A stretch of 64,000 nt of DNA from Lytechinus pictus (taxonomy: Eukaryota): contig NC_087251.1 of NCBI RefSeq assembly GCF_037042905.1, forward strand, positions 38,442,001 through 38,506,000. Direction: 5' to 3'. The position numbers and the translations under genes were made by a program. Position 1 is the first letter of the stretch, and each line of letters opens with the position of its first letter. The notes under the pieces were generated by a model, which was given only the letters and a program-made list of their open reading frames with translations, was not told the origin of the DNA and ran no database searches. Below, piece after piece: positions 26,527 to 41,295 of this stretch.

Positions 26527-27039
26527 GTAAATCTTTAATAATTCTTATACTGAGACACTATAAGCCCTACATTTTTATTTGCAGAAAGTATCATCAGGAA
26601 TAAGATGATGTCACTTGTGTCTGTATGTCCATTCTTAATAACTTCAGTTGGGTTTATGATATCTACAATGTGGTGCAACTTTTTCCTGTATAATTGTTTT
26701 TGTCACCCATTTCTTGAGCATTTTCAAAATGTTCATCTTATGAAGAAAAACATTAGGTTCGCTTTATTGATTGAAAATGGGTAACATTTATGGGGTGTAA
26801 TACATGTGTGTAAACCTGTTTGGATCGAGAGGCTTCGAGTTAAAAAATGTTATGCCATGGCAGTTTCTGAGGATAATACCCCCCCCCCCCTCTTGCTCTC
26901 TATCTGATATTGACTTTTATTGATAATGATTATATGTTTGGTTAAAAAAGGAATCCTGTCACCATTCTGTGACATCTAATTGGCTCTGGCAGACACACAC
27001 ACAGATGCATAATATCACAACCCACAGAAACATCAATCC

Positions 27040-27600
27040 TTTCACTATTGGTCTTAAATCATTTAGTCTAATTAAAAGGTTTTTTTGAAGCTTCACATGG
27101 TCTAGATTAAAAGTGATTTTGATTTACTATCACTTGATCTACAACACTTGGTTTGATTAAAAGTTTGTTGACCTTTATATGGTCCCACTTGGTTTAAAGT
27201 TATATCGGTTCACTATCATTTGGTCTCCTACCACTTGGTCTAATTCAAAGTTTATTGAACTTCACATGGCCTATTAGCTTCATCTAAAGTTGTTTTGGTT
27301 CACTGTCACTTGGTCTCCTACCACTTGGTCTAATTCAAAGTTTACAAGGTATTGTTTAAAAATGTAATATTTAGCAAATTAATAATATAGTTACAGTGTA
27401 AGCATTGGATCTATCCCTAATATTTTTCATACTGTCTAAATCTAAAGTTTTTTTAATTACTATTACTTTGTCTCCACTCATGTTATCTTATCAAAAGTCT
27501 GTAAATCTTCATTTAAAGTAATTTAGGCCATTCTCACTTTGGTCTCCTACCACATAGTCTAATTAAAAGGTTCTCAAGCTTCAAATGGTCTAACTTTCAA
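27040..27600. repeat. Degenerate tandem repeat built on cacttggtct / ggtctaattcaaag motifs
   Basis: ttggtctcctaccacttggtctaattcaaagttta occurs at ~27220 and ~27310, with decayed copies around. Confidence 0.7.
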
Positions 27601-29988
27601 CCAGTTTGTCTACATACTTCCACTTGATTTGAAAATCAGTTCATCTTATATCATATTTGGCTCAAGAACTTGGGCTACGTTTGATATCAGCTAAGACAAA
27701 ATAGTAATTAGACAAGGGATTGTTTCTTCTATATAAATTCATTTTATTAAACATATAGTGTGTGACAATATCTCTATGTAATCAACTTGTTGTTTGAGTG
27801 GACTTGACATTTTTAAAGTGAAAATTTAGTGATTGTGTTATCATATCATATCTGTGACAATCTTTCTTATACAGTAGGCCTATTTAGACACCTGATGTGG
27901 AAAAGGCTTTAATTCCAATTTACCTTGAATACATGTATGATATCTCATTGGAGCATGTTCTCTGTAAACCTGTCTATTAAGACCAACTGTAAACACTCTC
28001 AGAAATATTTTTACCCCCAAAAAATAAGTTGGTTAAAATATGTACCCACCAGCTCTTGGGTAAAAACAAAATTGCATGCAAAATGAATATAAAGGATATT
28101 AAAAAGTTATTTGTTTTCATATAATCACACTATCAACATGTAAGTCTACGGTATATAAATAATACAATTAAGAAACTAAAAAAAATGTTGATGATAACCC
28201 TTTACAAGGAATATATTGCAATTTAAAGTTTTGTTTTGTTTTTCCTTCTTAAATGTGCATTTTGTAATATTTGCGGGGCCAGGCTCGATTAGCACTTGTG
28301 CTATTTTCTGGTCCCATTTACCATCATATTTTTATACATGTGTAACTGTTATGCAATTTGTTTCATCACCTGTAAACATGTGAATATTGCTGGTAAATAA
28401 ATAAATCAAATCAGATTTAACCAACAGTTGGTTGGTTCATATTTTAACCAACTTTTTGGTGGGATAAACAATTCTGAGAGTGTTATAAAGATTACTTTGA
28501 TTTTTTCTAATGTGATAGATACATGTCACACATTACATCTTTTCAGTCTCTTTATTTAGTAGTAGTTTGCAGTTTTGATTGTACACAATTCATTTTATGG
28601 GAAAACATCTATTCAATTCAACACAATTCATTTTATGAGAAAACATATATAGTGTATATATGTTATCCCATAATATGAATTGAATTGTGTACAATTATAA
28701 CTACAAACAGCTAAAAGAGACCAGTTTTTATTTTTTTTATGTTTTTCTGAGCATAGGTAGGGTCACTTATGAGGAGTTGAAGACTGTATAGGCCTATGCA
28801 GTTACACATTTACCCTCAAAAATCATTTTAAACACTGTTTTGTCCCAGCATGGATATAAAAACAATTCCTTGATCTATCTTGGTAAACTTTGAAATATGA
28901 TTAGGCCTGCACTGAGACAATGTTGCCTAGCTGGGACGTTCCTATTCCTTAAAATGTTAAACTCTATGTAAAGTGGAGACGAGCGGAGTAATTCCCCTCA
29001 TCCTCCTACGCGGAAAAAAGTCCCTGTGAAAACGTATGACCCTTTTATCCAATTTACTACCAATAGCACTGCTCTGCCTGAAAACAATTTACCACATCAC
29101 TTTTGGTCTCTTTGCCAATCAAATCTCTCAACGTTGCCATGGTAACAGAGGTGAGGGCTAAAGCACTTTCATATCTTCATTACAGCATTTTTGAAACATA
29201 CCGAGTATATGGTAGGCTCCAAGTAAATTCGGTTCAGCGTTCACTGTGTCAGTTAACACGGGATATAATGGTGTCAGAGATGTATTTTAGGTCATATATG
29301 ATATATTGTGTCATATAATTATCCCTTTGTCGTACAGATGAAGATATAAATTCCTTTGAACAATGTCAGTTGAGGTATTTGCTGAGGTATTTCCTGTTGT
29401 AGACTGTGCATGACGAATTTGAACATGTTCATAGCCACAATTTGACCTTTTTCACACATCTGTTATATTTTTGTTTTTTCCCCTGAAAGTAAAACCACAT
29501 ATTCATGAATATCCAACATTTGAAGATAAGGAGTCATTTTTTTTTAAATTTAGTAAGCAGATAAATAGATGAAACATTTTCATAACCCACAAGTTGAACT
29601 TTTTCATATATCTAAGATATATATTTCTTTACCCTAAATGCAAAACCCACATAGATTGTTCATGAATATCCAAAATATAGCTGTGAATCCAGTTTTGATT
29701 TTGTAAGCAGATGGTTTCTCATTTCTCAATGATTGAGTCTCGATCTTTTTATCTTTCAATAGTTTTTTGCCTGGTTCTCAATGGAAAATGGAATGAGAGA
29801 AACTTGGCTGATATCCATATGACTTCACAATGGTGAATGTGTATTGTCAATCAAAGCCTATTCAGTATTTTAATGATGTCGCAGTTTCTCTCATTCATGA
29901 TTCATGAGATGATTGTTTGTGAGTTTCAGCATGGACCTAGGTCCATGGTTTCAGTTATGCATTCCAATGACAAGATTATACATCTTTA

Positions 29989-30782
29989 GGTGGTTTCAAA
30001 CCGCCTCGATCATAAGAAGCGTCGTGGAGCGTTGTGGCCCAGTGGATTAGTCTTCTGTCTTTGAAACAGAGGGTCGTGGGTTAGAATCCCAGCCATGAAG
30101 TAATTTTCTTCAGCAAGATATTCATCCACATTGTTCTGCACTCAACCCAGGTGAGGTGAATGGGTACCTGGCAGGAATTTATTCCTTGAAATGTGTGTGC
30201 GCTGTAATCTTAGTAATTACTGCTGCCAAGCTACAGCTGGGGTAATAATATCCAAGTCCTTTGGAAGCGCATAGAGACATTATTCACAATGTGACGTGCG
30301 CTATACAAGAACTGTATATTATTATTATTATTAAGAATCCCCGTTAAATTACGAGAACTTTTTTAGGCTAAAGAATACCCATGAATTATTCCTGCATTCA
30401 CACCGCCACGAAACGTCCCCTTTTGGATAAGTTCCTGAAGTTACGAGCATGCGCAGTATGGTCTGATAGGCAGGCAAGGCGCGAGATTCAAAATCACTAG
30501 CTCAGCAGCCACCCACGGCGCCCGCGCCTAACTACACGCTGGGCTTAAAGTTCCCATAAATTGCTTTCACATTGCCAAAATACCTGCGACCTTGGAAAAA
30601 TCCCCGCGAAAGTTCTCGTAATTTTGACAAGTACCTACTATTTAGTGGGTATTTTATTTCGGGGAGATAACGCGTAATTTGCTTTCACATTGCCAATATT
30701 ACCTGGTATTTTCTGATCGGGGTAAATTTCCCGATCAGAAAATACCTGGAACTGATGAACTTCGAGGCGGTCTGAAACCACC
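29989..30782. mobile_element. MITE (TIR ggtggtttcaaaccgcctcga / tcgaggcggtctgaaaccacc) carrying a nested SINE
   Basis: 21-bp TIR pair with tta/ttt flanks. Internal repeat ttgctttcacattgccaa occurs twice. Confidence 0.88.
30019..30331 (+). mobile_element. Full-length tRNA-derived SINE with TSD TAAGAA
   Basis: A box tggcccagtgg, B-box-like ggttagaatccc, core acccaggtgaggtgaatgggtacc and (TTA)n tail. taagaa at 30013-30018 and 30332-30337. Confidence 0.9.
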
Positions 30783-31307
30783 TTTTGATGATGTATGAAT
30801 CTTGATGATGTACACTTCACACTAATAATCTGGGGTGTTACAAACATACACCAGTTGGTGCTTCTAGAGGACCACGTCCTGAGTTGTTAAAATTACACGG
30901 TAGAAATTGAACGAATCAACAATTCTGATGAAATTAATAAGTAATATATATTTCTTATATAGATTTGATATCAAATCACCGAGTGCTTTTGAAGCTTCAT
31001 ATTATTTCAGATTATGCTAATAATTTGCAATGAACATAAACATACAGGCTCTCAAAGTTCAAAGTTCGTCTTTATTCATCCATATCAGAAAATTGTTTTG
31101 TTCACAACTTTGAGTCAATAAACATCAAAATACCATATTAAACATATAAAGCTATTATTACATAAACATATACAGTGAATGTGAACACACGTTTACATAA
31201 TGGCTACAAACAAATAATGTACATAAAGCCTCCATTTGATATTATAAGTTACATAGATTATCTCTTAAAAATGTTTTCTTGTTTTGCACTTCTTTCTCTG
31301 TTGATAG

Positions 31308-31480
31308 GGCGGAACGATCTCGCCATGCTGCTAAGATGCGTAGAGACAAGGAGACGGAGGAGATCTCTGCGCTATCCAAGCTACTTCCTTACCCGGAGGA
31401 AGTCACCAGGAGACTCGATAAAGGCTCCATCATCAGACTCACTACCAGCTATCTGAGAATGAAGAAGTTTTCACAGAGAG
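31308..31480 (+). CDS. Exon: bHLH domain
   Basis: ttctttctctgttgatag acceptor, GAG|gtaaga donor. Translates (R)AERSRHAAKMRRDKETEEISALSKLLPYPEEVTRRLDKGSIIRLTTSYLRMKKFSQR, matching the class I bHLH-PAS pattern SRxAA.xRRxKE...LP.P......LDKxSI.RLT.SYL. Confidence 0.95.
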
Positions 31481-31542
31481 GTAAGATAGATATTGATGGG
31501 TAAGAAGTACAGTGTGTTCCAGAAAAAGGAATAGTGATTATT

Positions 31543-32570
31543 AGATATCTTAGCCCTCTCCAAGCTACTTATACTGGATGAAGTCACCATGGGGGCTAGA
31601 TAAAGGCTCCATCATCAGACTCACTACCAGCCATGGCCCGTTCTCATTACACTTTCTAAAACTAGTTTACTGGAAACCGGTTCAGGAAACCAGTTTGGAA
31701 GATCGCTTTGCTAGCGTTCCCATTTGATCATTCGAAATTTATTTTCAAAATCACCTCATGTAAAGTGATTTTGTTGCTACGGGAATGCTCTCATTGAGGT
31801 GACACGTTTCATGCGAAATTGGAAACCGCAGCATGGGCATTCTACACACAGTGTGTGGAGTAGCGCGTTCAAAATGTGCAAAGATCTCTTCCTGGAGAAC
31901 GGTTGTGTTCTCACTTACGCTAAAACCTGTTTAACGAGGCAAAGCGATCTTGAAAACTACATCGCGAGGTGGTTTTATGAACCGGTTTGGAAGATTGCTT
32001 CCAAGATCGCTTCGACCGTTCTCATTACGCATTAAACTAGTTTCAGGAAGGTAGTGAGAACAGTGTCCATGTGAGGATGAACAAGTTTTCACAGAGAGGT
32101 AGGGTGACTGTAAAAATAAGTGTTGATGGGTAAGACACTAGCCTACAGTGTGTTCCAGAAAAAGTAATAGTGATTTTTAGATATTGTGGTTCTCTCTATT
32201 TCCTTACTGGAGGAAGTTACCAGGAGACTAGATAAAGGCTTCATCATCTATCTTAGAGGATGGCGAGTTGTATATTAAAAAAAATAAATGGTAAAACTAC
32301 AATGTGTCCCATGAAAATAAGAAATATGACTGCTAGATATCACTATTATCAAATATGTTTCTGTCTATCTGAGAATGTAGAAGCTATCAGATAATGGTAT
32401 CTTCACCCTAGCCTACCTTTATTAAGTTATTCTCATATCAAATAATTCTGAATTAAGTTACAAGCTACTTCCTACAATGAAAGTTATAGAGATTGGCGAT
32501 TGTGCTTTGCCTGTATGTACTCACAAGAAGTAAAAATTGAGGCACCACCAGCCAGCCATCTCTGAATAGA
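31543..32570 (+). pseudogene. Tandem decayed duplicates of the 3' two-thirds of the bHLH exon plus donor and intron start
   Basis: ccaagctactt...gaagtcacca...gataaaggctccatcatcagactcactaccagc at 31560-31631 continues after the MITE as aagttttcacagagag|gtaggg. A third copy is at ~32179-32340 and fragments run to ~32570. Confidence 0.88.
31635..32067. mobile_element. MITE (family A), TSD CAT, inserted in the duplicated bHLH exon fragment
   Basis: Collinear with 6042-6472, with cat on both flanks. Confidence 0.88.
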
Positions 32571-34095
32571 TGGGAATTTAATTATCTTGCAGTAATTGAT
32601 CATAGATATTTATTTGATATCACAAAGGCATCAACATATAGAGGTTTTCAAAGGATACGTAAATTCTGTCTCATTTTTTTTTGTATTGTCTTGATGGTGA
32701 TTTTTTTTCCTGATTGCTAAGAAAGCATGAATGCTTGTAAGCAAGCAACCAGAGGACCGACGGCTTAAGGTCCTCTCCAAAGGACCTGGTACTGAGGATT
32801 AATGCCTTACCAAAAGGCACTAGCTTTTCAAAATATAACGTGAGAATTTATTATGTTTATAAGATGGGGGGGGGGGGGGGGGTATTGGGAAGACCATTTT
32901 GCTTTTCCTGTTTTCTCCTTTTGGGTTGATTTGTATTTTGTGAAGTCTGCAGTCTGAGGTTGTGATCGACCCGCATACCCCCAATCAAATCATTTTAATT
33001 TGCCACGTTTTGACAGAATATTACGTCTTCATGGCTATATAATTATAAATTGCTTCAGAATGCTTAGTTAGATACCTTGTCTATAAATATCACCACTTTC
33101 ATGCTCTCTTGCAACTTGAACAGTCGTCTGACCCTCAAATCTCCAAGCTAAATGGAATTAGGCAATCTTGAATAGCGAAAATTGATTAATTAGTGCCAGT
33201 TTAGCCTTGATCTACAAGCCCTGTATCCATGATTATGCATGCTTTGTTGATAACATCTAATTGATGGGGTAATCTATTTTTCAAAGACTTGATCAATAGC
33301 CCCAAAGCAGGTTTTGTATTTTCACCCCCGTGATCTTGATGTATTTATGCAATTTAGTTCCGTAAATCGGCAACCGTTTTATAGTATCTGCTCAAAAACA
33401 CTTTAATTCTGTGAATACCTTTGTGTGACATTGTTGTCGGGACTCCATGACAAATGACAGTGCAATTCAGTGGGTCATGTGTGAGATTTGCATGGATGGA
33501 ATTTGGCTGTATAAAGCTATCGTTACTCCATTCTTCGCGTAACTCCACACCAACAAGAGAGCATTTCAAAGCTCCATGCACTCATACAGTAGAGAAGGTC
33601 ATAGGCATAATTGAGTTGTATTTCATCCTTTCAAAGTGTGCACAATTGAGTAAAATTTGTATTAAGGTCATTCTCCATCCGTATATAGCGCCAATCTTGC
33701 CACCGCTGGTCTCTACACAGTATTATTGCTGTTGATGGGATGGTGTAAATACGATGGAAAAAAAAATGGGGGAAAAATGCTGGAACAAACGGGACATCAA
33801 AATGTCATTGAACTGATATAGGCTTGAATGGATGGATATAAATAACAGAATTTGATGATAGAAAAGATTAGGATATTCTTGATGTTATTTCATCATCTTT
33901 TTTATATAGTGGGATATCATTTCTTGTGTGACATCATAGCTAGGAATAAAATCAAGAGTGAAGAAAATGATAGAGTTATGGAGGGGGGGGGTAGAAAAGG
34001 ACGAGTAAGAGAGAGGGGTAGTGAAAACAACATGTTTTTTTTTTTTGGGGGGGAGGGTTGCACTAAGTAACGTAATTTCTGTTTCTGATTATGAA

Positions 34096-34481
34096 TTAAA
34101 GGTATTGTTTAATTTTGTGAGCAGCCGATTTAAAAAATTCTCAAACCAAGATGAAACATGTGTACAAGTGCATGTATTAGAACTAATAAACCCTGAAAAC
34201 AACCATTTTTGAGAATGAAAAGCTAAAACTACAAGGCAAACCCCGATTTTGTAAATAGGCGTCTTATAGACGCCTAAATAGTACACATAAGTGTATGGGA
34301 TGAAATTATGATGGTGTTTCCGGTCACTTTATATTCCAATTTTTGAAGCACTAAATAATTATTTTCAAACGCAATTTTTTTGGGGCTTCATTTTTGTAAC
34401 ATATCACAGACACAGGTGACAAGTGTGACCTTCTAGCTCAGATTTTTAAAAAGTCAAACCAATGTTAACCAATCACTTTAA
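34096..34481. mobile_element. Probable TTAA-ended non-autonomous element
   Basis: ttaaaggtattgtttaattttg ... caatgttaaccaatcactttaa imperfect TIR. Confidence 0.45.
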
Positions 34482-37400
34482 GTGTGATTGGAAAGCCGTA
34501 GAGTTAAAAATTACTTACAAAGCTTCTTTTATGGGGTAAGCACAGTTTTTTTTTTATTGTTCAGTTGAGTGAAAGTGGAGCAATCATACATTATAATACA
34601 CTATAATTAGGGACATCTATGGACCTTGAAGAACTGTTTCCGTTGTGTAATCATTGAAAAGACCTTAACGAGAAGTCTAGCATTAGCTAAAGTCTGGTGT
34701 AGTTGGGTAAAAATTTGCTAAATTTCGTATAAGCCTAGATGTTTGAATGGTAGACAATATTTAAGGGGTTAATTATGATCCAAGCAGAGAAAAAAAAATC
34801 ACACAGGGGATCGGGGCAATGTTGCCTCCCAGGTGTTTTATAATTTCATTTCTAGATCTTTAGTAGAGTCTCTTCTTTAGCAACTCCTTTCCTTTTTGTT
34901 TATGTATGTTTGAATGTTTGCGTCATTCTTTTGATTCTCTTTTTGAATTACCTTGAATTTTTTTCAATCCATCCTATGATTCAATCCGTATTTCTGTAAT
35001 TCTTGTTCAGTTTAGTAGTTAAAATGTATAAAGCACATTCAATTTCAGTTTCAATTCAATTTCAATTGATTTATTGTCCATTAAAATCAAACACAATTTT
35101 ATGAGGGAAAGGCTGATTTGCATTTGATAATTCATCTGAAAAGGCATATTTTGATTATTATCGGGTGCAGATGTGCATGTGTTCATGCATTCATAATCCC
35201 CATTGAGTTGGTAGATCAGCGTTTGTCTCGAAAAGTAGGTCAAAAGAGAAGTGAATGGTTGTCTGAAGAAACTGCATCTTAAGACGTCTTTCTAAGGAAA
35301 GATTGTTCCAGTGTCTGTCTATTTTTACGTCTTGCAGGAAACACCTGTTGATAGAAGAACTTCTTTTAAAGGAAATATCAGCCCATCGGAATAGGCTTCT
35401 CGTTTTATTCATGTATCCATTAATGACCATTAGGACTGAATTCAAGATTCACATAAGCCCAGACTTTTTAGATTTCATTGGAGAATTTTTTATACGAAAG
35501 GATATCTTATTTCGTTGATGAGGTGCACTGAAGTAAGGGGGATCAGAAATTCTGAGGAGATTTGTGACATTTTCAGTTGTCTTCACTATGGGGCAGAAAA
35601 TGAGGTATAAATACTTGTTTTTAAGTATTATATGAGTCATTACACCCAGCTGATTTTCTTTTTCAATATGATAACCCAGTATACTACTACTTTCAAAACA
35701 GAAAAAAAAAATCCCGGTTGAAATGTGTAAATCACAATGAATCCTGGCTAATTATGTATATGCAAACCATTATTTTTGTACATGTATGTCATCTCCCTGC
35801 AGAACTTTGTGAATATGAAATTTGTAATATATGTATATATATACATGTATATATATATATATCTGCAGTTAAGGCAAATTTTTTGTCTTCTTTCAATGTT
35901 CGAAATGTACCTTAACGCCCTCTACCTTCGACTTAACGTCTAAATGTGTATTATAACAGAATAAACCCATTCATAGACTTCGCCCTTACTTAGGATGTAT
36001 GCATATATTATATGTATTATTGAAATTGATTTGTGAATGAGATTGATTGAACTTTAAATTTCAGTTCCTTGAATTAAGGTCAGACAATAGGCAATGAACA
36101 CAATGGCGCAAATATTCACTAATGAATGATACGCGCCGTATAAGCTAAAACAACAACAACAACAACAACAGTTTTGAATTAATTTTTTTTTTTAGCTGAT
36201 AATGTTTACAGAATATTCTCTGCATGATTTGCACTTTTCAGTCATGACATTTTAATCATATATTGTATTATTTGAGAAGTCAGGCTACACTCCACATTAA
36301 TTTTCTACCATATATACAATTTGGACTGTGTATGTTAATTTATGAAAAATTCATGTTGCATTCTTCAGTCGTATACTGTACGTGCAACACAAAACCCTTG
36401 GAAGTCGGATATAAAAATGCATCCCCATGTTCTATAGCACGGTATAATGAAGACGCTGAGGCACTCAAAAGCTCGCCTAAGTGCAATTTCAGGCTCCGAA
36501 ATGGAGGAATAGAGAGGGTTAGGAGAGAGTAGGAAAGCGGGTTAATCTCATTTGGCTGTCTGCTCTTGTAATCTACGGAGTAGTGTTCTAGCCCTATATC
36601 TGTATGTCACATCTCATCATTAAGAACATCACACAGAGGAGAGTTTGAGTCATGAAGACACAATCACATCTGATCACCTTCTATTACTCCTGCTCTATGT
36701 CCCGACTTGACTCTATCCTCCGTCGTTGTCGTCGTCGGCAACCCTCGACTCGAAGTGACGGAGGGAAAAAAAAAACACATAGCATTCCCATCGTGGTAAT
36801 AACTCTGTATGGTGTAACTGGTAGATTTTATCAAGGATAAAGAAGAAAGTGTGTTGTGGTATTTATTACATATATGAAATGTTACTTTGTCACTGACCAG
36901 GAGAAAATGATTTAAATTTTTTACTATAATCTAATGAAATTTGAATTAATGGGGTTTTTTATGCAGTGTGCACCTTATACCTTTGAGAAGCCCATAATAC
37001 CAAATTATTACGGTAAATAAAATGAATATGGATAAACAATAAATGATAAATTAGTGATTAGCTTTATTTGTATTGTGTTCTCTCCATTATATTGATTTGC
37101 TGAATTAGAAATAAAAAGTAATAAAATCAGTGAACTTAATATAGATCACTTAAGATCAGTTATTTGTAGTTTCAATCTGTAGTACGTAGGCAATAGCCAA
37201 GTATCGGCCTTTCATTGTTATGCCATTGTTCTTTGCAGGGGTCATGAAATTACAAATATATCAATATGAGATTGACTTTATAATTTTTTTATACTATTCA
37301 TCATTGTTTGTCAGTCAAAGAAGAGTTTTTCTTTCCTATTCCATTCCAATTAAAAGAAATGAATATCAAATTTGTGTGTATGCTATAAATTGAAAATTCT

Positions 37401-40400
37401 ACATACATGTATATTTCTGTGTGATAATTGTGTGTTACAACTCTGTGAGTCATGTGATTGTAGGTGCACGGCAGTGTAGAGGCTGACTGTGACAAAGAAT
37501 CCATCGTTCAGATAATTAGAGATTTGCTATATCATTGCCTTAATCAATTATCCAGTAGCTCTTGAAAAATGGGTTTTTAATAGAGCTTGCCATCAGCTTT
37601 CACATTGGGATTATCCCACAGTGAAGAAACTTGTCTATCATTAAAAAATATGATATTTCGTGGGTACGATCAACTAGCTTATATGTTGTTTGGTGAGAGG
37701 TTTAATTGTAATGATATCCCATTTAAATTGTTCAGAGTAGGCTATATAGGCCTAATCTTCCAAAGTGAAGATCATGGGATCATGATATAACTGAGGAGGC
37801 GATGGTACGTCTCCTTACTTGAAAACAGAAGGTTGTCATTTGCTTTATCTTGAGTTTTATTGAATGTTTAAGCTTTGAGCTACAATGTGTTGTACTAAAA
37901 CAATCATGTTCAATTTTATTTAATTGGAAAAAAAATGAAGTGGAAATCTCTATGACTTAAAGTGTATTCACATTTGATAATTTCTATATTATCTCTGGAT
38001 TGGTCTTTCTGATTAATAGGTTGATGATTTACGAAGTAGCGTGGTATTGAAGAAAAAATAAAATGAAATAAAAAGGAGCAACTCTTTAAATGAAAGAAAA
38101 AGCCCACAAATTTTACAATTACCCAATTGTATTGGGAGGGTGGGATAGCCCCTAAAAATAAAATTATTTCCTATACCCTGATCTGATAGGGGGATAATCT
38201 GAAAAGTTTTCTGGCCATCTTCCCTCAAAAGTTCTCTTCTATGCCATCCATTGGTCCCTGTATAGTCTCTACCAGCACAAACTTTGTATCGCTTCTTTAT
38301 TGTTTATTTTCATCAATTTCCACTTGATCTAGCTTATTTAGTTGTTGCCAGTACCAGTTCAGTTCTGTCAATTACCAGTGAAGTTTGTATTTGCGTGGGG
38401 GTATCCAGATGCATGCTGGGTCATTCGCAATGCAAAGTTCATCCAGTGGTCACGAAGCAGCAAAGGTTTAGCACCATCACCAATCCGACCCAATAGCTCT
38501 TTTGTCCTCAATGTGCATTGATGAAGTTAGGCATACAATAATTAGCTATGAATTATCAATTGACTCTGCAAAGGGGGGGGGGGGGGGGTGATTAACTATT
38601 TAATTCATGCAGCAATGAAGCAAAACTTCTATTATCTACTAATTGAAAAACCTTCCTTTACTTTAAATGAGTTTATTCCCGGAGGCTGATGAAAAGACGA
38701 GTTTATACTTGTTGATTTGGAAAGAAGAGAATTAATTGATATTATTCATAAGTGCCCTTTTATACTTTCGTTGTGAAATTATATAGTTTTAGTTGTGTGA
38801 TTTGCTTTTTTATCTTAAATCCTAAGTCTTTATTATTTCCACCAGTTATAATCCAATTTCAAAGATATTAATGGTGTTGTTGTAATAAAGGAACTGACAG
38901 TCTAATTAGAGAATTACAGCAAGATTTTCTTTTTATTGATTATATTTCTATTTTGCTTTATTATCATGTAGCATCATAATTGTTAATACACAATGTTGTG
39001 CACAAAATTAAGCCATTACTGTATATCAAACAAGTGCGTGTTTGCATTACTCACGTCATATACAGGCTGACTCATGCTATTTAATTAGTTTTCCTTGGAA
39101 ATGTGAAAAAAATGCATTCATTGTTTCAGTTCATGAGCATTTTAAGCAGAGGTATCCTGTAAAAAAAATGGATGAAATTGAAAATACAATACAACCTGTC
39201 TTTAAGACCACCGAAGGGAAATAGAAAAAAGTGCACACTGGAGGCAAGTGGCCATTATAGGTAGGTTATATAGCACATTCCTTTAGAATGGGGACAAGTT
39301 TGGTGGCCACTGAAGACAGGTTTCATAAAGGATATGTAATGACCACCTAGACAGGTTTTACCATGGTTTTACCGTGTAATGATAGTCATTGGCACTGGCT
39401 TTTCACAGATTGATGAAAGTTGTCGTAAAATTTAAAAGAGAGACTATGGCTGCGTTATGATTGTCTTCACTGCTGCATGGATATCCATGACACCACACGG
39501 TGTACCAATTATCAAGTCTAAGGGCCTGCTGACGTATAACGTATAACCCTGATACTTCTGTCATGATAAAGATGGCATTCCTATCAGTTTATATTAATTG
39601 CAAATCAATGCCAAATTATCAGTTAACAACGAGGCCAGTGGAGTACCCTCACTTGTCAGTGCCGGCATGAAATCTTACACAATTTTTTGTCAACCAACGC
39701 TTTCATACACCTTAAATGTTTCTTTTTTTTTGCCTTGAACATTAACTGGTATGATATTTTATTGTCCTACTCAGCAGGAGTGATCTAGTCCCCGTTTCAT
39801 AAAAGATGCAAATTTTCAATAACAGTTAAAAGCTACTGAAATTCTTCAATTTGAATGGCTGATGGGAAACTTGTTAAAGATCGTCATGTTTTTATTTTCA
39901 TCATAAAATGTCTTAGAGACGGGACCCATGCAGATCGGAGAAAAAGTGTAAGGTACCCGGTCACATAATAGAGAACATACATGCAACTTTCTGAAATGGG
40001 ATTCTCGCTTTCAGAGTTCCTTAACAACATGTGTGATTTTTTCCAAGAATTACATTAAAAAAGTGCAGTGTTGATGAGGTCATCACACTATCCTGTTGTA
40101 TTATCATGTCTAGAATCATGACTTTTTAAAGAAAAACATACTTTTTATTATCAGTTAAAATGAGACTTTTTTTAAGTTCCTGGTATAGTCATTGCAGGGT
40201 CCCGTGCAAGAAGGAATGGCGTTGGGTTTCATGTTAAATATGTAATGGCAGATTTTATCCTTGGGTATTATCTGCTGGTATATCGTCAGAATACCTTGTT
40301 TATCTCTGCCATTACTGGCTTTTATAATTGCAATCATGATTTCAATTCATTTAAATGTTATTTTTTAATTAAGAATTTAAGTGATTGCATGTGGGTTCAG

Positions 40401-41019
40401 CAAGGGGATTCATCACTCGGTCTTTTGTATTCCTATGCATTATTAATGTATGCGTTTATTAACAAGGTCATTTTTTCATACTGTGTTCATCTCATGATGT
40501 TTATATTTTGATGATACCTGTATATATTCCCAATCATGATGAACATTATCAGTGTAAAGTAAAATCATCCTTAGTAATAATTTTTCTTGTTGATAGAGGC
40601 ATGATTTATGAGAACAGTCATGGTTGTTCGATTGCAGGAATGAGTTGTTCAAATAACTCTATATTAATTAATTCAGTGTTCTTTATTTTCGTTCTTCTTT
40701 AAACGTTAAAAGTTATGAATAGACTTGAAGAGGAAGTCCACCCTGGCCATTAGTTGGTTTTAATAAAGCAGAAAAATTAGGGGAAAATGAGTCCATGGAC
40801 TATTTTCAGTTAGTTAACTATAGAACGTAAAAGACTGGATCTGCAGTTAAAATGCAGATCGAAGGAAAAATCAGCTGATACCTATAACTAATGAAACACC
40901 GGTTTATCAATTGTGACGTCACTGCGCATGGCATAAAATATGCGCAGATCATAATGCGCACAAACATATCTGTGGAACGTCCTTAAAGAACTAGCTGAGT
41001 ACAGGGTCATAGTGATGTT

Positions 41020-41295
41020 TTTCTTCCATCTGGTAGAGCTCCATGAGGTTCACCAAACTTCTTCACAGAATTTTGAAATTTTGAGTAGAAAATTATTTAC
41101 GCTAATTTATACGAAATGTATTCATAAATCACAGAAAATGCCTTTTCTTTATTTGTTGACCGATATTGATTTTTTTTTGTTCCATCTGAGAGCTATACGA
41201 GGTTCACCAAACTTCTACACAGAATTTAGAAATTTTAACTAGAAAATTATTTATGCTTATTTATACAAAATTTATTCATAAATCACAAAAATGCT
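41020..41295. repeat. Tandem duplication, 2 x ~140-155 bp
   Basis: ttccatctg..agagct...gaggttcaccaaacttct.cacagaattt...agaaaattattta.gct.atttatac repeated. Confidence 0.85.
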
